A stretch of 64,000 nucleotides of DNA from Tubulanus polymorphus (GCF_964204645.1 NC_134032.1:4860175-4924174); one strand, 5' to 3'. Numbered from the stretch's first letter, positions 32,175-47,383 are shown. Notes: a model not told the origin generated them from the sequence alone. Translations and numbers: made by a program.

Positions 32175-32656
32175 ATGGAAGATAAAGTTGATAATAATGA
32201 TATTATTCCTCATGATATAAATAAAACTAAATTAAAAAAAATATTTAGAAAAACAATTATTAGAATTTGAAAGTGACTTAAAGATAAAAAAGAAAAAATA
32301 TTTAAAAAGTACAAATTATATATTATTTGATTATATGTGGTTCGGTTACAATTAGTTCTGTAATAACATTTCTTGCAATATTCAGTCCATTAACACCTTT
32401 AGCTATATCAATCGGTGTATTAGGATTAAGTTCAAGTGTTTTAACTGGTATAAGTTCAAAATTAAATATAAAAAGTAATAAAGAAAAAATTAAAGCTAAT
32501 ATAAAAGAAATTAATAAATTAAAAAATACACTAGATTATATAATAAGTTTAAATGGTCATATAACAGTTGAAGAACAAGATAAATTATTAAAAGAATTAG
32601 TTAATTATAAATTTTTTTATTATATAAATGGGGTTTCCAAAAGCTTTCCAATATAA
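32175..32656 (+). pseudogene. Two-TM protein homologue with a frameshift in the A-run near 32235
   Basis: MEDKVD start at 32175; homologue of 17349-17759. Confidence 0.75.
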
Positions 32657-33922
32657 AAAATCACATGAATATTATAAATATAATACTCCAGCAATAGATT
32701 TTAGTAACATGATAATATATAAAAATTTAGTTTTGCCTTCATTGATTAATTTAGAAATTTATGTTACTGAAACAAACTATTTTATTTCTAAAATGGAAAA
32801 TATATTTAATACATATGAAGTTACTCTTACTCGAGATGAATATAATATATATAAAGTAAAATCTAATATGAAATATTGGCAGAATCAATTAAATTTTGCT
32901 GTTCATTGTGCAACAGCTGGTTGTGGTGTAAGTTGGCATGATCACTTGAATAACTTAGATAAAAATTTGAAATATTCTGATTTTAAATTCATTCATACAA
33001 TATTTAGATTTCATGTATACTTTCAAATTAGAATTATATTAAATGAATTAGAATGCCCTTTACCTGGATCAAAATATTTTAAAGAATTGGATAATAATAT
33101 TAATCTATCTAAGTTTTATAAAATATGTAATGAATTTAATATAAATATTAATTTCGATTTTAGAGCGCATGGTAGATTACATCGCGTTGGTGAAGAGTAT
33201 GAAATAAAAATAATTGATTATATGCATAGAATTTCAGCTTATCATAATTATAACATTGATAATAATAATGGTTGGGTTTATTTTATTGAATCTTATAGTG
33301 AAGGATTTACAAAACCTGGTATACAAAGAATAAATCAATCAATTAGAACTTATTTGATATGTATTTTAGGTGCACAAGATCACAAATAGTTGGAAATAAT
33401 AGTACTTCATTTGATGCGCAGAAACAAGTATTATTTGAAGATTCCATTCATAATGATAAAAATAGATCGATTCCAGAAAACATTGTAACATATCAAAATT
33501 ATTTAGATAAATCTCATGTAAGACTAAATTATTGTATAGGCCCTAATCTATTAATTATTTCTAATTATTTAGTATTAAAGATGGGAAATATGATTGGTTA
33601 TAATAATCTAATTAAAACTGCAACAATAAATAATTCAATTGGATTAAATGATATAAATAAAAAGATTATTACTGCTCCAAAATTAATGGAAGGTGAAAAA
33701 AATAAAAAAAATATTCAATCAACAGAAACTAAAACTAATAATATTAAATTAAATAATGATTCCAAAATAAAAGATTACAATACTACAGAAAATATTAAAA
33801 CTAATAATATTCAACATGATATAATTAAAACTGATAATAATAATAAATCCCATGAAAATACTAAATTAGCTTTAACTTGTATAGGAATTGTTATAGGAGG
33901 AATATTATATTTTAAATTTTAA
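32628..33922 (+). pseudogene. Homologue of 16007-17308, frameshifted near 33380
   Basis: The two ORF halves match the copy-1 protein. Confidence 0.8.
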
Positions 33923-33938
33923 TTTTTTTATTATATAA

Positions 33939-35402
33939 ATGGATGTAGAAGGTGGAGAAGATATTGGAATGGATCCTTTTGATGAACCTGGCATAACTGA
34001 AGAACAACCGCCTGATTTTAGTGAAAAAAGTTTTAATGACGGTAATGAGCCAGAATATAATAATAATTTAAATATGCCTGATTATATTGAAAATGCAGAA
34101 TCACAATTAAATCCTGAAAATTTAGACCCAGATTTAGTAAAACAAGATTTAGATAATAATTTTAGATAACAAAATACCTAAATTAAAACATATAATTGAA
34201 AATTCTGAATTTAACATAAATGATGAAAACGTTGGGTCTTTAGCAGATCAATTAAAATTTTTAGATAATGGTAAATGGTATTATCATTTGAAAGGTGATT
34301 ATTATATTGATATCACTTATAGAAATAATAAAAAAAAATATTAGCGGAATCAACTTTGAAAAATTTAGAAACATTTAGAATTAAGAGAATAAGTAATAGT
34401 AATGAAATAACTGATGTTACACAAAAAGAAATAGATGATAATATAGACGTATTTAAACAAAGAATTAATGAATTATTTGAAATAATCAAAAAGAAATCAG
34501 AAACAGAAACAACTTCTGAACAAAATAAAACTTCTAAAACTAGTAAACTTAAATCAAATAAAGTTCCAATTGAAAAACTTTTACCGAATGGATTAATTGA
34601 TGCAACAGATCAAGAATTAGAAGATTTAGATATATTTTCTGATAAAGCAATTAGAGAAATTGAAAGTATAAGACATGCATCTGATAAAATTGCGCATGAT
34701 AAAAGTATAAGAGATTTTAAAATTAGAACTTTAGAAAAAGAATTAACTGATAAAAAAAAAGAAATAGAACAATTAAAGTCTGATTTAGATCATCAAGTAA
34801 TTGATGAAATAGAATATAGGCAAAAAGAATTACGTTTAGAAAAAGAAAAAGATGATTTAGAATATAACATAGAATTACAAAAAGAAGAAATTAAATTATT
34901 ATTAAAATCATATGATTATAATATTAATAGATTAAAAGTTATTTTTAAAGATTTATTGATAAAACCAAATTCTGAAATATCATTGAAAGATAGAATAAAG
35001 TTATTATTTAAATTAGAAGGAATAACAATTCTTTCAATTCTAACAGCTGTTACTATGTTATTTACAACAATTGGTTTAGCGATATCAAATGCTTTAAAAT
35101 CTACTCCTAATCCAAATAAACCGGATAAACCCCCGAATGATAAGAATTCTATACAAGATAAAGTTAAAGATGGTTTGAAAAAATTAGCAAAATATTTATG
35201 GGAACTATCTAAAAAATCTGCTGCAGCTTTACCAGGAATTATTGCATCAATTGTTGGTTTTATATTGAAATCTGCAGGTAATATTCTTAACTTTGCTGTT
35301 GAACATATTATTTTATTTTTAATTACAGTTGTAAATGCTATTATTTTTGGGTTAGTGAATATGATATCAAAAAGATATCAAGAAAAAAATAATGAAAAAT
35401 AA
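33939..35402 (+). pseudogene. Homologue of membrane protein 14296-15990, interrupted
   Basis: MDVEG start and near-identical C-terminal ~150 aa; the middle is divergent. Confidence 0.8.
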
Positions 35403-35426
35403 ATAATTAATTTTTTTGTTAAATAA

Positions 35427-36674
35427 ATGAGTGGGAGTTATATAAGTCCTTCTAAGATTTCTAGAATATCTAATGCTATTAAAGCAGAAAGATCACATCA
35501 TATAATTACACATAATCCTTCAAATATTAATCCCGATGAAACTTTATATGTTAGAATTCCTAGATTAACACAAAATACTTTTTATGTTCCAAATAGTATT
35601 TATTTATCAGCTGATATAAAAGTAATTGGTCATGATAATAATCATGTTGTTGATAATGTTGGAAGATATTTGATTAAAAAATTAACTATAAAGATTGGTC
35701 CAGAAACAGTTTTCTCATTAGATGATTATAATTTATTTATGCATTATAAAGATTTATGGTTAACTAAAGAAAATAGAAATTATATGATATTTCAGGGTAT
35801 TCAATCGGAAAACCATAATAAATTAAGATCTGAAGCCAATAATGCAGTAGTAACTAATGCTGTAGATAATTTGATAAAAAAGATTTATGGAAGCAAATAT
35901 AAAATTCCATTAGACTTTGAATTGATAAATAATAATGCACCTTTAAGTAAATATGTAATTCAAGAAGATATTATATTTGAGATAACATTTGCTCCTGTAA
36001 ATGGAATTGTATTATCTAGCGTTGTTAAAGATATGGGTTATAAATTATCAAATATATGTTTAGAATATGACACAGTAACTAATGAAAATATTGCTAGCAC
36101 AATTCAAACTCAATACAATCAAGGATTTTCATTATTATATGATTAAATTGATAAATTTAAAACTGTAACTATTAATGCAAATGATGAAATATATAATGAG
36201 AATATTAACTTCCCAAGAAGATCTATTAAAGGTATATTAATATTTTTTACCATTGCAACATATACTAATGGCGCAATAAATGTTGATAATTATTATAATC
36301 CTGAAATAACAAAAGTAGAAATAACTATCGAAGGAATAGCAAATAAAATATTTTGTCAAGGAATGAGAATGATAGATCAATGGCCAGAAATTAGAAAACA
36401 TTTTATGAATGAAAAAGTAAAATCATTTGAAAATTGTAATATTAATCAAATTGATTATTATACCGGCAATAACTATGCATTATGGTTAGATTTTAGAACA
36501 ACAGAGGATAATTCATTACATGGTTCTGGGAAAAAACTACAGAACACTAAAGATGGAATACAATTATTTATGAAAAAGAAAAAAGGAGACAAAAATTTAA
36601 AAATGCACATTTATATTATATCTGACGCACAATTAAATATTGTGAATTCACAATTAAATAGTATTCAATATTAG
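35427..36674 (+). pseudogene. Major capsid protein homologue with in-frame stop at 36144-36146
   Basis: Same length as, and high identity to, 13005-14252. Confidence 0.82.
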
Positions 36675-36704
36675 AAATATTAAGTTAAAATTAAGGATAT
36701 ATAA

Positions 36705-37520
36705 ATGGGCGGTAAATAAACTCCTAATACTAAAGAAAAATATTTAAGAAATTTACATTACAACCCTGAGAGTTCGGTTGCTTATTCTTCTACTAAAAAT
36801 ATAAGGCGTCAAGTAAAACAAGATAAATTAGATAAGATAATCCCACAAAATTTAGTTAAATATAAAGATATAAATGAATTTATGTTAGAACAACCAACAT
36901 ACACAACACATAAAAAAATTGTTAGAAAATATAAAACTCGTAAAACTATGGTAAGTTATGTATATCAACATTGGCAAGGAGATTTAATTGATATGAAAAA
37001 TTTTAAGAAAGATAATGATGATTATTGGTGGTTATTGAATATAATTGATATTTTTAGTCGTTATGTATGGAGCTTCCCACTTTATAGAAAAGATGCTGTA
37101 CAAACATCAAATGTTTTAAGAAAATTTCTTTCGGATGATAAACTAAAACCAGAAAAAAATACAATTTGATGATGGAAAAGAGTTTGATAATTCACTTGTT
37201 CATGATCTCTTAGATAATCATAATATTAAATATTTTTCAACAAAATCGGATAAAAAAGCAGCAGTTGTTGAACGATTTAATAGAACATTAAGAACAAGAA
37301 TGTGGAAATATTTTACAGCAAATAATACTTTTAAATGGATTGATGTTTTGCCCAAATTGATAGAAGGATATAATAATTCTTATCATTCTTCTATTGGAAT
37401 GAAACCTATTGATGCTAGAAAACCTGAAAATGCTGAAATTGTTTGGAATAATTTATATGGAGCATTTCTTGTAGATGATTTTGGTGAACCTAAATTTAAA
37501 GTTGGTCAAAATGTATTATT
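36705..37520 (+). pseudogene. Polinton integrase remnant (chromodomain deleted)
   Basis: HWQGDLIDM, IDIFSRYVW, FDDGKEF, VVERFNRTLR, DFGEPKFKVGQ. Confidence 0.85.
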
Positions 37521-38010
37521 CATAATTATGAATATTATCTTTATTGTAAACATCAATTAGAAATATTAATAACATCTGGAAAATGTAAAAATTTTGTCGG
37601 TAAAAATTTAAATTATAATGAATTAGATACAATGAAATCAGATGAAATTATTAGATTATTTGAGATTTATGAAGCCGCGAGAACAGCTAGAATTAATGAC
37701 GCGATATCAGATATAGTAAATTATGTAATTATATACTACCAATTGAAGATGAAAATAGATTATATTCCGATTTAAAAAACGACTATTTATTTATGACTGA
37801 ATTAAATAAATGGATTGGATATTTATCATTTCAATTAGGCGGATTCATGACATTATTATCAACTGGGGTTATAACATTTTCAAATATTGAAAGTAAAAAT
37901 ATTTCTATAATAAATGAGCGAGGTGGAAGAAGTGAAGGAATTAACTGTGATGAAAAAACCGAGATCACAGAAACAAATTGAATGGTCTCGGCAATTAGGA
38001 ATAAAAATAT
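37520..38010 (+). pseudogene. Remnants homologous to ORFs 8266-8871 and 8864-9235
   Basis: MTELNKWIGYLSFQLGGFMTLLSTGVITFSNI; [13 protein letters not shown]. Confidence 0.75.
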
Positions 38011-38203
<193 letters not shown>

Positions 38204-39475
38204 TATAAGAGCTCGTTAAATACTCGTTACTTATATATGTTATTCATTTATATTTTATTCATGTATATGAATATTTTAAGAGTAATAGGGGTTGAACATA
38301 ATATAACATGCTTTTAAAATTTAAATTATTAATATCTTATAATAAATATTTAGTTAAAATATAAAATGCACACGGCTATGAAAATATATTATAGTTTTAA
38401 ATTACTTTTAATTTTTATTTTGTAAAAACAGCTCAGCCGTTCGGCCTTTGGCTTGAACCAACTAAACCCCTATTACTTACAACCACTATGTCAACGTCCA
38501 ATGTTATTCAGTTTTGAAACCGAACTTACGTGGACGTAAAATCGATAAATATGAATTGATTAGACCAAGCATTTATTTTGTATTTCCACGCTTAAAATAG
38601 ATCTATTCTATTAAGAAACCATCTTAAGAATCGGCTGACTCAATAGGTGTGAAATACTGATATAGTAACGTATTAGGATTTAGAATATATTTCAAGGAAT
38701 TAATCTTTTTATTGAAATATTTGAATAAATACATATATTGTATTGTAGATTCAATCGATTGATTATGAATTGCTTTGGTCTGGGTATTGGGCCGATGTTG
38801 ATTTTGGCTTTATGGATTACTAATTCTATACTGATGAACAATTTAAACCTTGCAACACGTGCGTAAATATCAAACCTATTCCACTAGTTAATAAACTGTT
38901 AATCACTGCAAACTATTCCAGTGTTATGTCGATCGTGTTAATCGCTTTGCTTGGGTTGAAAGATTCAGACCGTATATGATGCAGTTGAAAGATTCAGCCC
39001 GTATATGATGCAACATTGGTCGAAGAGAGTTGGTGTTGACTGACTGCCCTTGACCATTTATCTTCATGTGTTTGACATCAGCATATACCCATGAACCGCA
39101 AAATATTCATAGAACATGAAAACCTATATACATGTATACAGTATTCAAACTTTCACCGATGTTGGATATTTGAATGAACATTGGCTTATTTGAATATTCT
39201 AAATCACGAAATAATAAGCCCAATCAATAGGCCCTATTCCCATTGGAATAATGCGTTCAGCTGTACCGTACACTCATCTGTCGAGATTGGAGAAATCGGT
39301 ACACCAAACCTACGTACAGCAAAATGTACAGGCCTACACAATGATTTCTTGTTTTCTTGTATACAAGCCGTGATCAAGTGAACGTTTTGGATCGAGGTTT
39401 GACTATAAATGTCAGGTCAGGAGACAAGGCCTGAGCAAAATGTAAACACATTAACCGTTGTGTGCGAATACTATA

Positions 39476-39897
39476 AGGTAGGGACACACGAGCGTAATTT
39501 TTCGCCCGATCGCGACGATTACATTCGCCAGTGAATTCGGCGCCGAATTTATATGCCCGATACGAGTGGGCACGTAGCGATGAATCCGAACCTTGGTCAG
39601 CGACCGGTACTTAGTGGAAGAGAGTTAACAACTGACATGATATCAACAATGCATCCTATTTGTTGATAAAAATGGGTTGCTCTGCGGAATTCGCTGAGTG
39701 CGGGCAGACGAGCGAATTTGCAGGCGATCCGATCGCCGGCGTAAATAATCGGCCGAAAATATTAAACATGTATGATACGGGCGATCGAGTCGGCCGACGA
39801 AATCGTCGTCGTCGTCGTGAGTGGCCACACTAGCGAATTTTTCGGGCGATTTATAAATAAGCCGCGATCGGTCGAAAAAATACGCGTGTCCCTACTT
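39476..39897. mobile_element. GC-rich MITE, PIF/Harbinger-like
   Basis: Termini GTAGGGACAC..GTGTCCCTAC in a TAA/TTA context; a second, shorter copy lies in opposite orientation at ~47384-47611. Confidence 0.7.
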
Positions 39898-40185
39898 TTA
39901 GGCATACTGCATTGTTTTAATAATATCGAGTGAAAAGTGAATATACTGAATTAGATTTTAGGCTAGTCCTGACCCAATCCTATCCATGTTATAATGACAC
40001 CAGTATAGTAACATCCGTGTAGAGCCAACGAGAGCGAACAAGTTGTGTTTGTAGTACATGGTAGCTCACTCAATACTTAAAACGTTGTTGTTACCCCTAC
40101 ATGAATGTACCGTAATTTTCACAGATTAGCCTATATAAGTATGTTGACGCATGTGCAATGCAGTAGAATTCTGACTCGTAATATT

Positions 40186-40250
40186 GGGATTCGAAACCAA
40201 ATGAAAAAAAAAATCCGACGTTAGTCCAGTGATTTACCCACTGAGCCACA
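40186..40250 (-). repeat. Possible tRNA-derived SINE head
   Basis: A-box-like TGGCTCAGTGG and B-box-like GGTTTCGAATCCC on the minus strand; no cloverleaf. Confidence 0.35.
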
Positions 40251-40299
40251 TTTATCAACTGCAGGGTTGATAAAATTAATCAACATATAAACATTTAGA

Positions 40300-41150
40300 T
40301 TAATAAACTCAAATAAACATTTAGATTAATAAACCCAAATATAGAGAAATAATTATATATATTAATTAAAAAAGTAACGAGTAATTAACGAGTTGTTAGA
40401 ATTCAAATCAATTTTAATACTAAAAGTGTGAGTAAAGTTTGGGTAAAATAATTTAGATTTTTTAATATTAAAAGTGTGAGTTAAGTGTGAGTAAAATAAT
40501 TTAGATTTTAAGATATGAATAATCTAGAAAATTCATTTTAATAAAAGTTTTGTTATAAAAATGAAGACAGAAGAACCGAAATTCAAAATCGAAATAGAAG
40601 AAACTAATAACTTATTTTCATTATTTAACATTAAAAATTATATCTCAGCAACAAATTTAGTGTATGAAAGACATTATAAAATTGATGATATTAATTAATC
40701 AAATATTATCAAATGAAAAATTTTTAATTACTGAACTGGTAGATACTTTTGATAATGGTGCTAAAAATCCTAAAATATTTAATACAGTTTTAAATTATAA
40801 AGGAACTTTAGATGAAAACAAAATAAATACTCTTCAAACTCTATTTAATGAAAGAGATAGTGATTAAATACTTTCTAAAAGTTACAATGATTTGATTAAC
40901 TTAAGAATTGAAAAAAGACAATTATATTATTTTAATTTTGATAATAAACAAATTATCATGAAAATTCATCAAATATTGGAATTCAATGCGAATCAGTTAA
41001 TAATAATTCTTATAAAGATATTGGAATTCAATGTAATTTAGATGATGAATTTAGAAAATTCAATCCTAATGAAAAAGTGAATTGTTATTGTGGAGGTAAA
41101 TATTTAAAAACACATAAATCAAAACATTATCGAACAATTAAACATATCAA
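40300..41150 (+). mobile_element. Decayed Polinton-like remnant (subterminal region and broken ORF from 40561)
   Basis: AAGTAACGAGTAATTAACGAG (40372) matches the reverse complement of the copy-2 subterminal sequence at 38211-38232; AATAAAAG-N8-TAAAAATG start motif; NCYCGGKYLKTHKSKH zinc finger. Confidence 0.55.
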
Positions 41151-43705
41151 TTATGATGAGACAGCACAGATACTCATCAGAAAGTGACAAACAATGATTT
41201 ATTGACTTTCTGAAAATGCCATATAATATATTTTTAGAACAAATAAACGTTGAATATTTTATCATACGGGAGTCTCCTACAATTTTGAAGTATCGGAAAA
41301 ATTTCAAGCTCAAACATTCCGAACTGAATATTTTCTGAAAATAGATCCAAATTTAGTTTAAAAACAGAAAATGTGAAAACTTTATTGGCAATTAGCGTTT
41401 TTAAAACGGTAAATGTCCCGTTCTAGACGATGTAAAAACATTTTGAGTATGTGGAATTAAGTGGACACCTTCACATATATTGTTATGGTTTTACGTCAAG
41501 AAACAGCGATTTTACCAGACCTTGACTAAGTTATATAATATTTCAAGGTTACCTTAAAATATTAATGTAAGTATCGATCGTCGAAGTATCTAACGAAATT
41601 AAAAGAGGAGCACACTTATTTATAGTTGCCACAGAAATAGTTCAAATGATTATCCACGACAATAAAGCGTTCCTAATAAAGCTTATTTCAATTAAAAACT
41701 TCTTAATTAGAAACAGACAGCGTATGACAGCATTTATAATACGCGCTATGAGGACGCAGTAGTGCAACGCGCGGTTATACGTGAAAACAGAGTATATATA
41801 CACTTTTCTGCCATGCACTGCGGTGTGTATGTACGTACGTTAGATATATGGATTACATACCAAGCTGATTTACGTAGTGCGCGGATTTTAACGTGTATGC
41901 GCTGTTACGCCAATATACCGCAAAAACATCGGCAAACACACTAAATAGCCTACGGCAATAGCAAATAAAAAGGCGCACACAACTGTGTGGAACCAATTCA
42001 CTCTCATTTCAACAAAAACGATGCCAAACATTTGTCGACTGCCTCTCTCCCATCCTCGCTTGCCAGGGGTCCGGTATCACTCCCTAACTCCCTTCCACCA
42101 GCCCCCTGGCCTCACGAAGCGTGATTTCATTACTGGCGCTGTTGCGCATGACGTCATATATCGATTTGCGAAATACTTCCTTGTTCAGTAAAACGTTCGC
42201 TGATTGGTCCATTTAACGGGAAAACCAATAGAAGCCTAAAGTCGTTTGTTACAAGCGCTGTGATTGGTACGACCGGATTCTGGTCGGCTAGTAACGACTC
42301 CAACGACTCGTGAGGTCAAGGGGTTCGGCGAAAAGCTTCAGCGTAGTGGGTTCGAATCCCTTGACGGGTGAAGATGCCTCTCTCCAAAAACGCCGGCTCT
42401 CGGACTGGCGCCATCGTCCGTTACTCTTTCAAAAAAGGAATGTATTTTGTACGAGTCGGTCAAAATAAGACAATGACAGAAGGACTATAGAAATTGCCAC
42501 ACTTACTAAGTTCGAAATACTAAATTAGATAGCCGACTCTATTACAATCCTCACAACCGAACAAACCTACAGCGAACTAAGCTCGGCACAAATACAAAAT
42601 GAATTGCTCGCAATTTTGTAACTCCCAAAATTACGTCAGAGGTGCCGAAATTCCCGGAAATTCCAAGAATTTCCCGTATTAACGTCGGAAACTCAAATAT
42701 AGGTCAACACAAGAAAATTATAGAAAGCGAAGAATGTTCGATGTTTTTCGCGTTTTTCTCGAAAAATATTGCATCATCCGTTCAAAGCTTACCGGCCTGA
42801 CTTCCGCGCATCAATTCTACTTGCAAGTATAACCACTAAATTTTGTGCCCATACTCTTGGCAGACTGTCAACCAACAGCCATAACATAGGTAAACCAAAA
42901 AGTGAACCTACTCGTAAACTATTCTTTCTTCTGTCAATTTTAGAAAAGTCTACAAAAGTCACTTCCTTTTATTACATTATATTTTTGGAGGGAAACGATC
43001 AGAGGGACGGATAATGACTGAGGGAAAATGAATGAATACCCGAAATTCCCCTTGTTAAAATCCCCTAGGTTAAAATCCCAAATTCATCAAAGTAGGTAAA
43101 AACCCCCTCCTTTTGAATGTAGTGTAAGTAGATAGAATCTGAAGGCCGATTTATCCATAGTATTGATAGCGATATCTAGTGACCGTACACAAGCACAAAG
43201 ACAGTATTATCAGAAGTTACGAACCGAACTAGCCGAGAGAACAAGCAAATGTGAGAAAGGCTTATTATCAGAGGGGACCACATCGTAAGCAGACAACTGC
43301 CCTTTCGTGTGGGGGAACCCCAAGACGAATCATGAAGAATTATTACAAAAACAGAATGTAATAACAAAAAAACAAGAATCAAGTAAATCAAAGTAAAAAT
43401 CCTTTAAAAGCCAGAAACATTTACAACGATTACAACAATTACAACAAAAAATGTGAAAAGGCGTGTCAAAAAAGTCCAATCAATCTCCGAAAGAAATTCT
43501 TTTGTACGATGAAAATACTGAATTAATCAAAGATAATTCGCCGTGTAAAATACACAGATAATCGGATAATACAAATCAAGCCAATCAACGAAGGATATTC
43601 AAGAATCACCAATCATCGAATTTAGCAATAAATAATGCCAACTTCAGTAATTCTATCTCGAATCATCATCGCCAAGGAAGTGAAAATAAACTGAAAGTTC
43701 TATGT

Positions 43706-44895
43706 ATGAATGTAGACAATATGATGAACAAAAAACCGGAAATCGATGCACTAAAATTAGAACATAACCCAGACATTATATGCATAACTGAAGTAAAACC
43801 TAAATCAAGCAGGCTGCAGCTTGATGCACGCAATGTCTTCTTTAACGGATCAAGCGACCACGAAACCTTTACCAACATTGAGAATGAAGGGAGATGGATC
43901 GCTATATATTTCCATGCGGAACTAAAGCCCTGTTTCCCTGCTCTCGAGACAACTGATAAGATATATTCTGAGCAAACAAGCGAGGTAATCTGGGTCGAGT
44001 TACCACGTTATACTGCCACAGACAAACCCACTCTAATAGGATGTGCCTACAGGAGCCCAAACAGTGATCATGACAAGAATACAAATTTCACCAGAATGAT
44101 AGAATCACTAGGCACACTTGGCCAAAAGTATAACATAATACTCTGTGGAGACATCAACTTGCCCGAAATTGACTGGACAAACAAAAAGTGCAGAACTACT
44201 GGATCTCATGTTTCAAAACAAATACTAGATGCTAGTATGGATGCCTTCCTAGAGCAACATGTAAAGGAACCCACGCAACACCGTGGCAATCAAAGAGAGA
44301 ATATTCTAGACCTGATCTTCACAAATGAACCACACCTAATAGAGGAAGTTAAACACCTTGCCCCAATCTGCTCAAGCCACCATGATTGTCTCCTATCCCA
44401 CATTGAAAATGTCTGCAAGCTCCACACTGCTTTAAAATTAGGAAGAAGAAATTATAATACAGGAAACTCCGAAAGCTTAAGACAATTCCTCATGAATAAT
44501 TTACTGGAGAATAACCTGGCTGAAATGAATCTGGATGAATGCTGGGACCATATAAAAGAGAAAATAAAATGCGCGAAAGCAGAGCACATCCCTCAATACC
44601 ACGCACCTCGCTGGAAACAACATTCTCCACGATGTGTAAAGTCACAAAAAAACACGCGGCGTGGAAAAGGTATCTCGAACATAAAACCCCTGAAAATTAC
44701 AGAAATTACCAAATAGCCAATAATGCAACAAAAAGCGAAACCAGAAAGACTGTCAGAGAGTACGATGAGAACCTGTCACATGAAGTGAAAACAAACCCAA
44801 AGGCTTTCTGGAGGTATTGCAAAAGCAAAACTAGTGTCAGAAGTAGAATTCCCGACCTACAGATACAAAACGCGGAACTGATAACTGATAACTGG
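43706..44895 (+). pseudogene. CR1-like LINE ORF2 fragment (APE endonuclease and linker), 3'-truncated
   Basis: PDIICITEV, IGCAYRSPN, CGDINLPEIDW, ILDLIFTN, NPKAFWRY. Confidence 0.85.
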
Positions 44896-47383
44896 CGCCA
44901 GCGTTTCCTGATGTTTCGTGCTTGAAATATGCCGGGGGTAAAGTTGAGCCAGCTGTCAGTAACAACAAATGATTAGGTGGAGGAGCTTCCAAATCTAATG
45001 GATCATTTGAAACAGCAGTTATGGACCGACTGTTTATAACAGCTTCCACCTCACACATTAAAGTGCATAAGCCCTCATCGTCTTGAACTTTCATTAAAGC
45101 AGCAAGAACGTTACGGACTGTACGAATTTGACGCTTCCACACACCGCCTATGTGGGAAGCAGTAGGCGGATTGAAATGCCACTCAATTTCCTTCTGTAAC
45201 AGAAAAACGTGAATTTTATCCTTGTTCCAATCTTGTATAGCATCACGCAATTCCCTATTTCCTCCGACGAAGATGGTACCGTTGTCACTCCAAATACATG
45301 TAGGTGTACCTCGTCTTTCCATGAATCTGCGTAAGCCATTAATAAACGATGTTGTATCAAGTGAACATTTCTATGTGTACAGCTCGAACTGACAAACAAG
45401 TGAATATGCATCCGTAGCGTTTAACTTGCGAATGAAGCTGCTTAACGAGAAACGGACCAAAGAAGTCCACACCCACGTATGTAAATAGGGATTCACAAGG
45501 AGTAACCCTTTCTTCGGGTAAATCAGCCATCTTGTTTTCCTAAGCATTTACCACGCCTACGTCTACAATCGTAACAGAGATTTAAAACCTTCCATACTTC
45601 AGATTTACCGTTGACGATCCAGAATTTAGCACGAATTACCGACAGAATATGATCACGACCAGAATGACCATACATCTCGTGATACTCTTGGATAATCAGA
45701 TCTGAAATTTGCGCAGCTGTACAGCTGTGGTCATACAGCGGTTGTACATACGAAAGCACGGCTTTCTCGGCTTGCCTCAATTCATGTACCGTTATAGGAT
45801 CAGCAACTTTGACACCATTCAACCATCCTGCCAAATTCACTTAGAAGCGTAGAATCCAAGCGATACATCGCATCAACCGTGTCCATGACGAAAATCGCTG
45901 GAAGTACATCATACATGGGTCCTACGCCTCAGTCACTACCAGTGTACAGATATGTTTTTGTATGTTTTCTACTTCGACGTCAGTTGTGGATTTACCCTCC
46001 ACATCAGGTTGATTCGGCCACTCCGATTCCAAAGACGATAGGAACGCCGGCCCCGTCAACCATCTTGAGTTTTCATCCGGAAACTGTTGAACCCTAAACC
46101 CGCGTGATGCATCGTCTGCTGGATTATCAGCACCATTAACAAAGAACCATTGATCAGGGGTAGTCAGGTCTCTGATAATAGAAATCCGGTTTGCAACATT
46201 GACCTGAAAGCGTAGATTCTCATTCCTGATATATTTTAATACGGCTGTGCTAACAGTCCAGAAGTACGACGTTTCCACCTGGATACCAATCTCATTGCGA
46301 ATTAAACGGTCGAGCCTCGCGGTGGCTGTTGCTGCAGCTAACTCTAACCTAGGGATGGTTATGATCCTCAAAGGTGTAACCCGTGATTTAGCCATGATTA
46401 AACTACAATGAATTTCACCAGCTGCATTGACCAATCGTTTATAGCTCACAGCTCCATAACCACGTTCGGAAGCGTCGCTGAAATGATGCAGCTGAGCAGA
46501 GCAGACGTCTCCAAAGTTCGAAGGCTTGAAACATCGACCTATACGTAAACTCTCTAAGCTCGGAAGTTCGGCCAACCATGAACGCCATTTCTCCTCGTAG
46601 ATCACTGGTATCTCATCATCCCAGCCAAGTTTCATCTTACATAATTCTTGCATAAGTCACGGCTGTACAGCGAGGAAACTTGAAGCAACCTTGACCCTAC
46701 TTAGTATGCGAACGCGCACCTGTAGCATATTCAGCCAGCGGAGTCATCGGCGTTTGTCGATGATTTCCGATTCATATTAAATAAGTTTGTAAGCTATATT
46801 TTATTAGTCTTGTGATGAATATTCAATTGTATTTTGCTAATATACGATATTTAAACTTTCTTTTCATAAATAAATTGATATTACGGTATTTTATAAAATT
46901 AGATTTCGTGCGGAGTCATGTGACCGTACATCATGGCGGATTGTAAACAAAAAGTGATGACAGCTAGAGAAGATGAATATGTCTTTAAATTACACCCAAA
47001 AATGTGTTTTCCTACCAAATAACAATGATCAACTATTAGGATACGACGGTTACTATTGTTTTAAGATCATCATGCTTTCAAATGGAAGAATGAAACGACA
47101 GCTTGTCACCGGAAAGCGATTCAATCCAAATTCAATTAGTTTTATTGAAAACTGCCGCTGATCAAATCACGTATAAAGGATAAAGCATGAGTTCACCCAC
47201 GGTAAGTACTTTATTGCTATATGAATAAACAAAATATGAGGCCAGAATGTATGCACCTTCGTTCGATTTGCTGCCGATAGCCTAGGCTACTAGCCTACCT
47301 ATACATCACATACACGTCTATTCAAATGTATAGTTAATTATCCTCTATAAACCGCCATACTTTCTATACTGTCAAAATCCTTA

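Noticed and set aside
42330-42370. tRNA gene suggested by GGTTCGAATCCC
   Set aside because: Only a B-box; no cloverleaf can be built. Probably repeat-derived.
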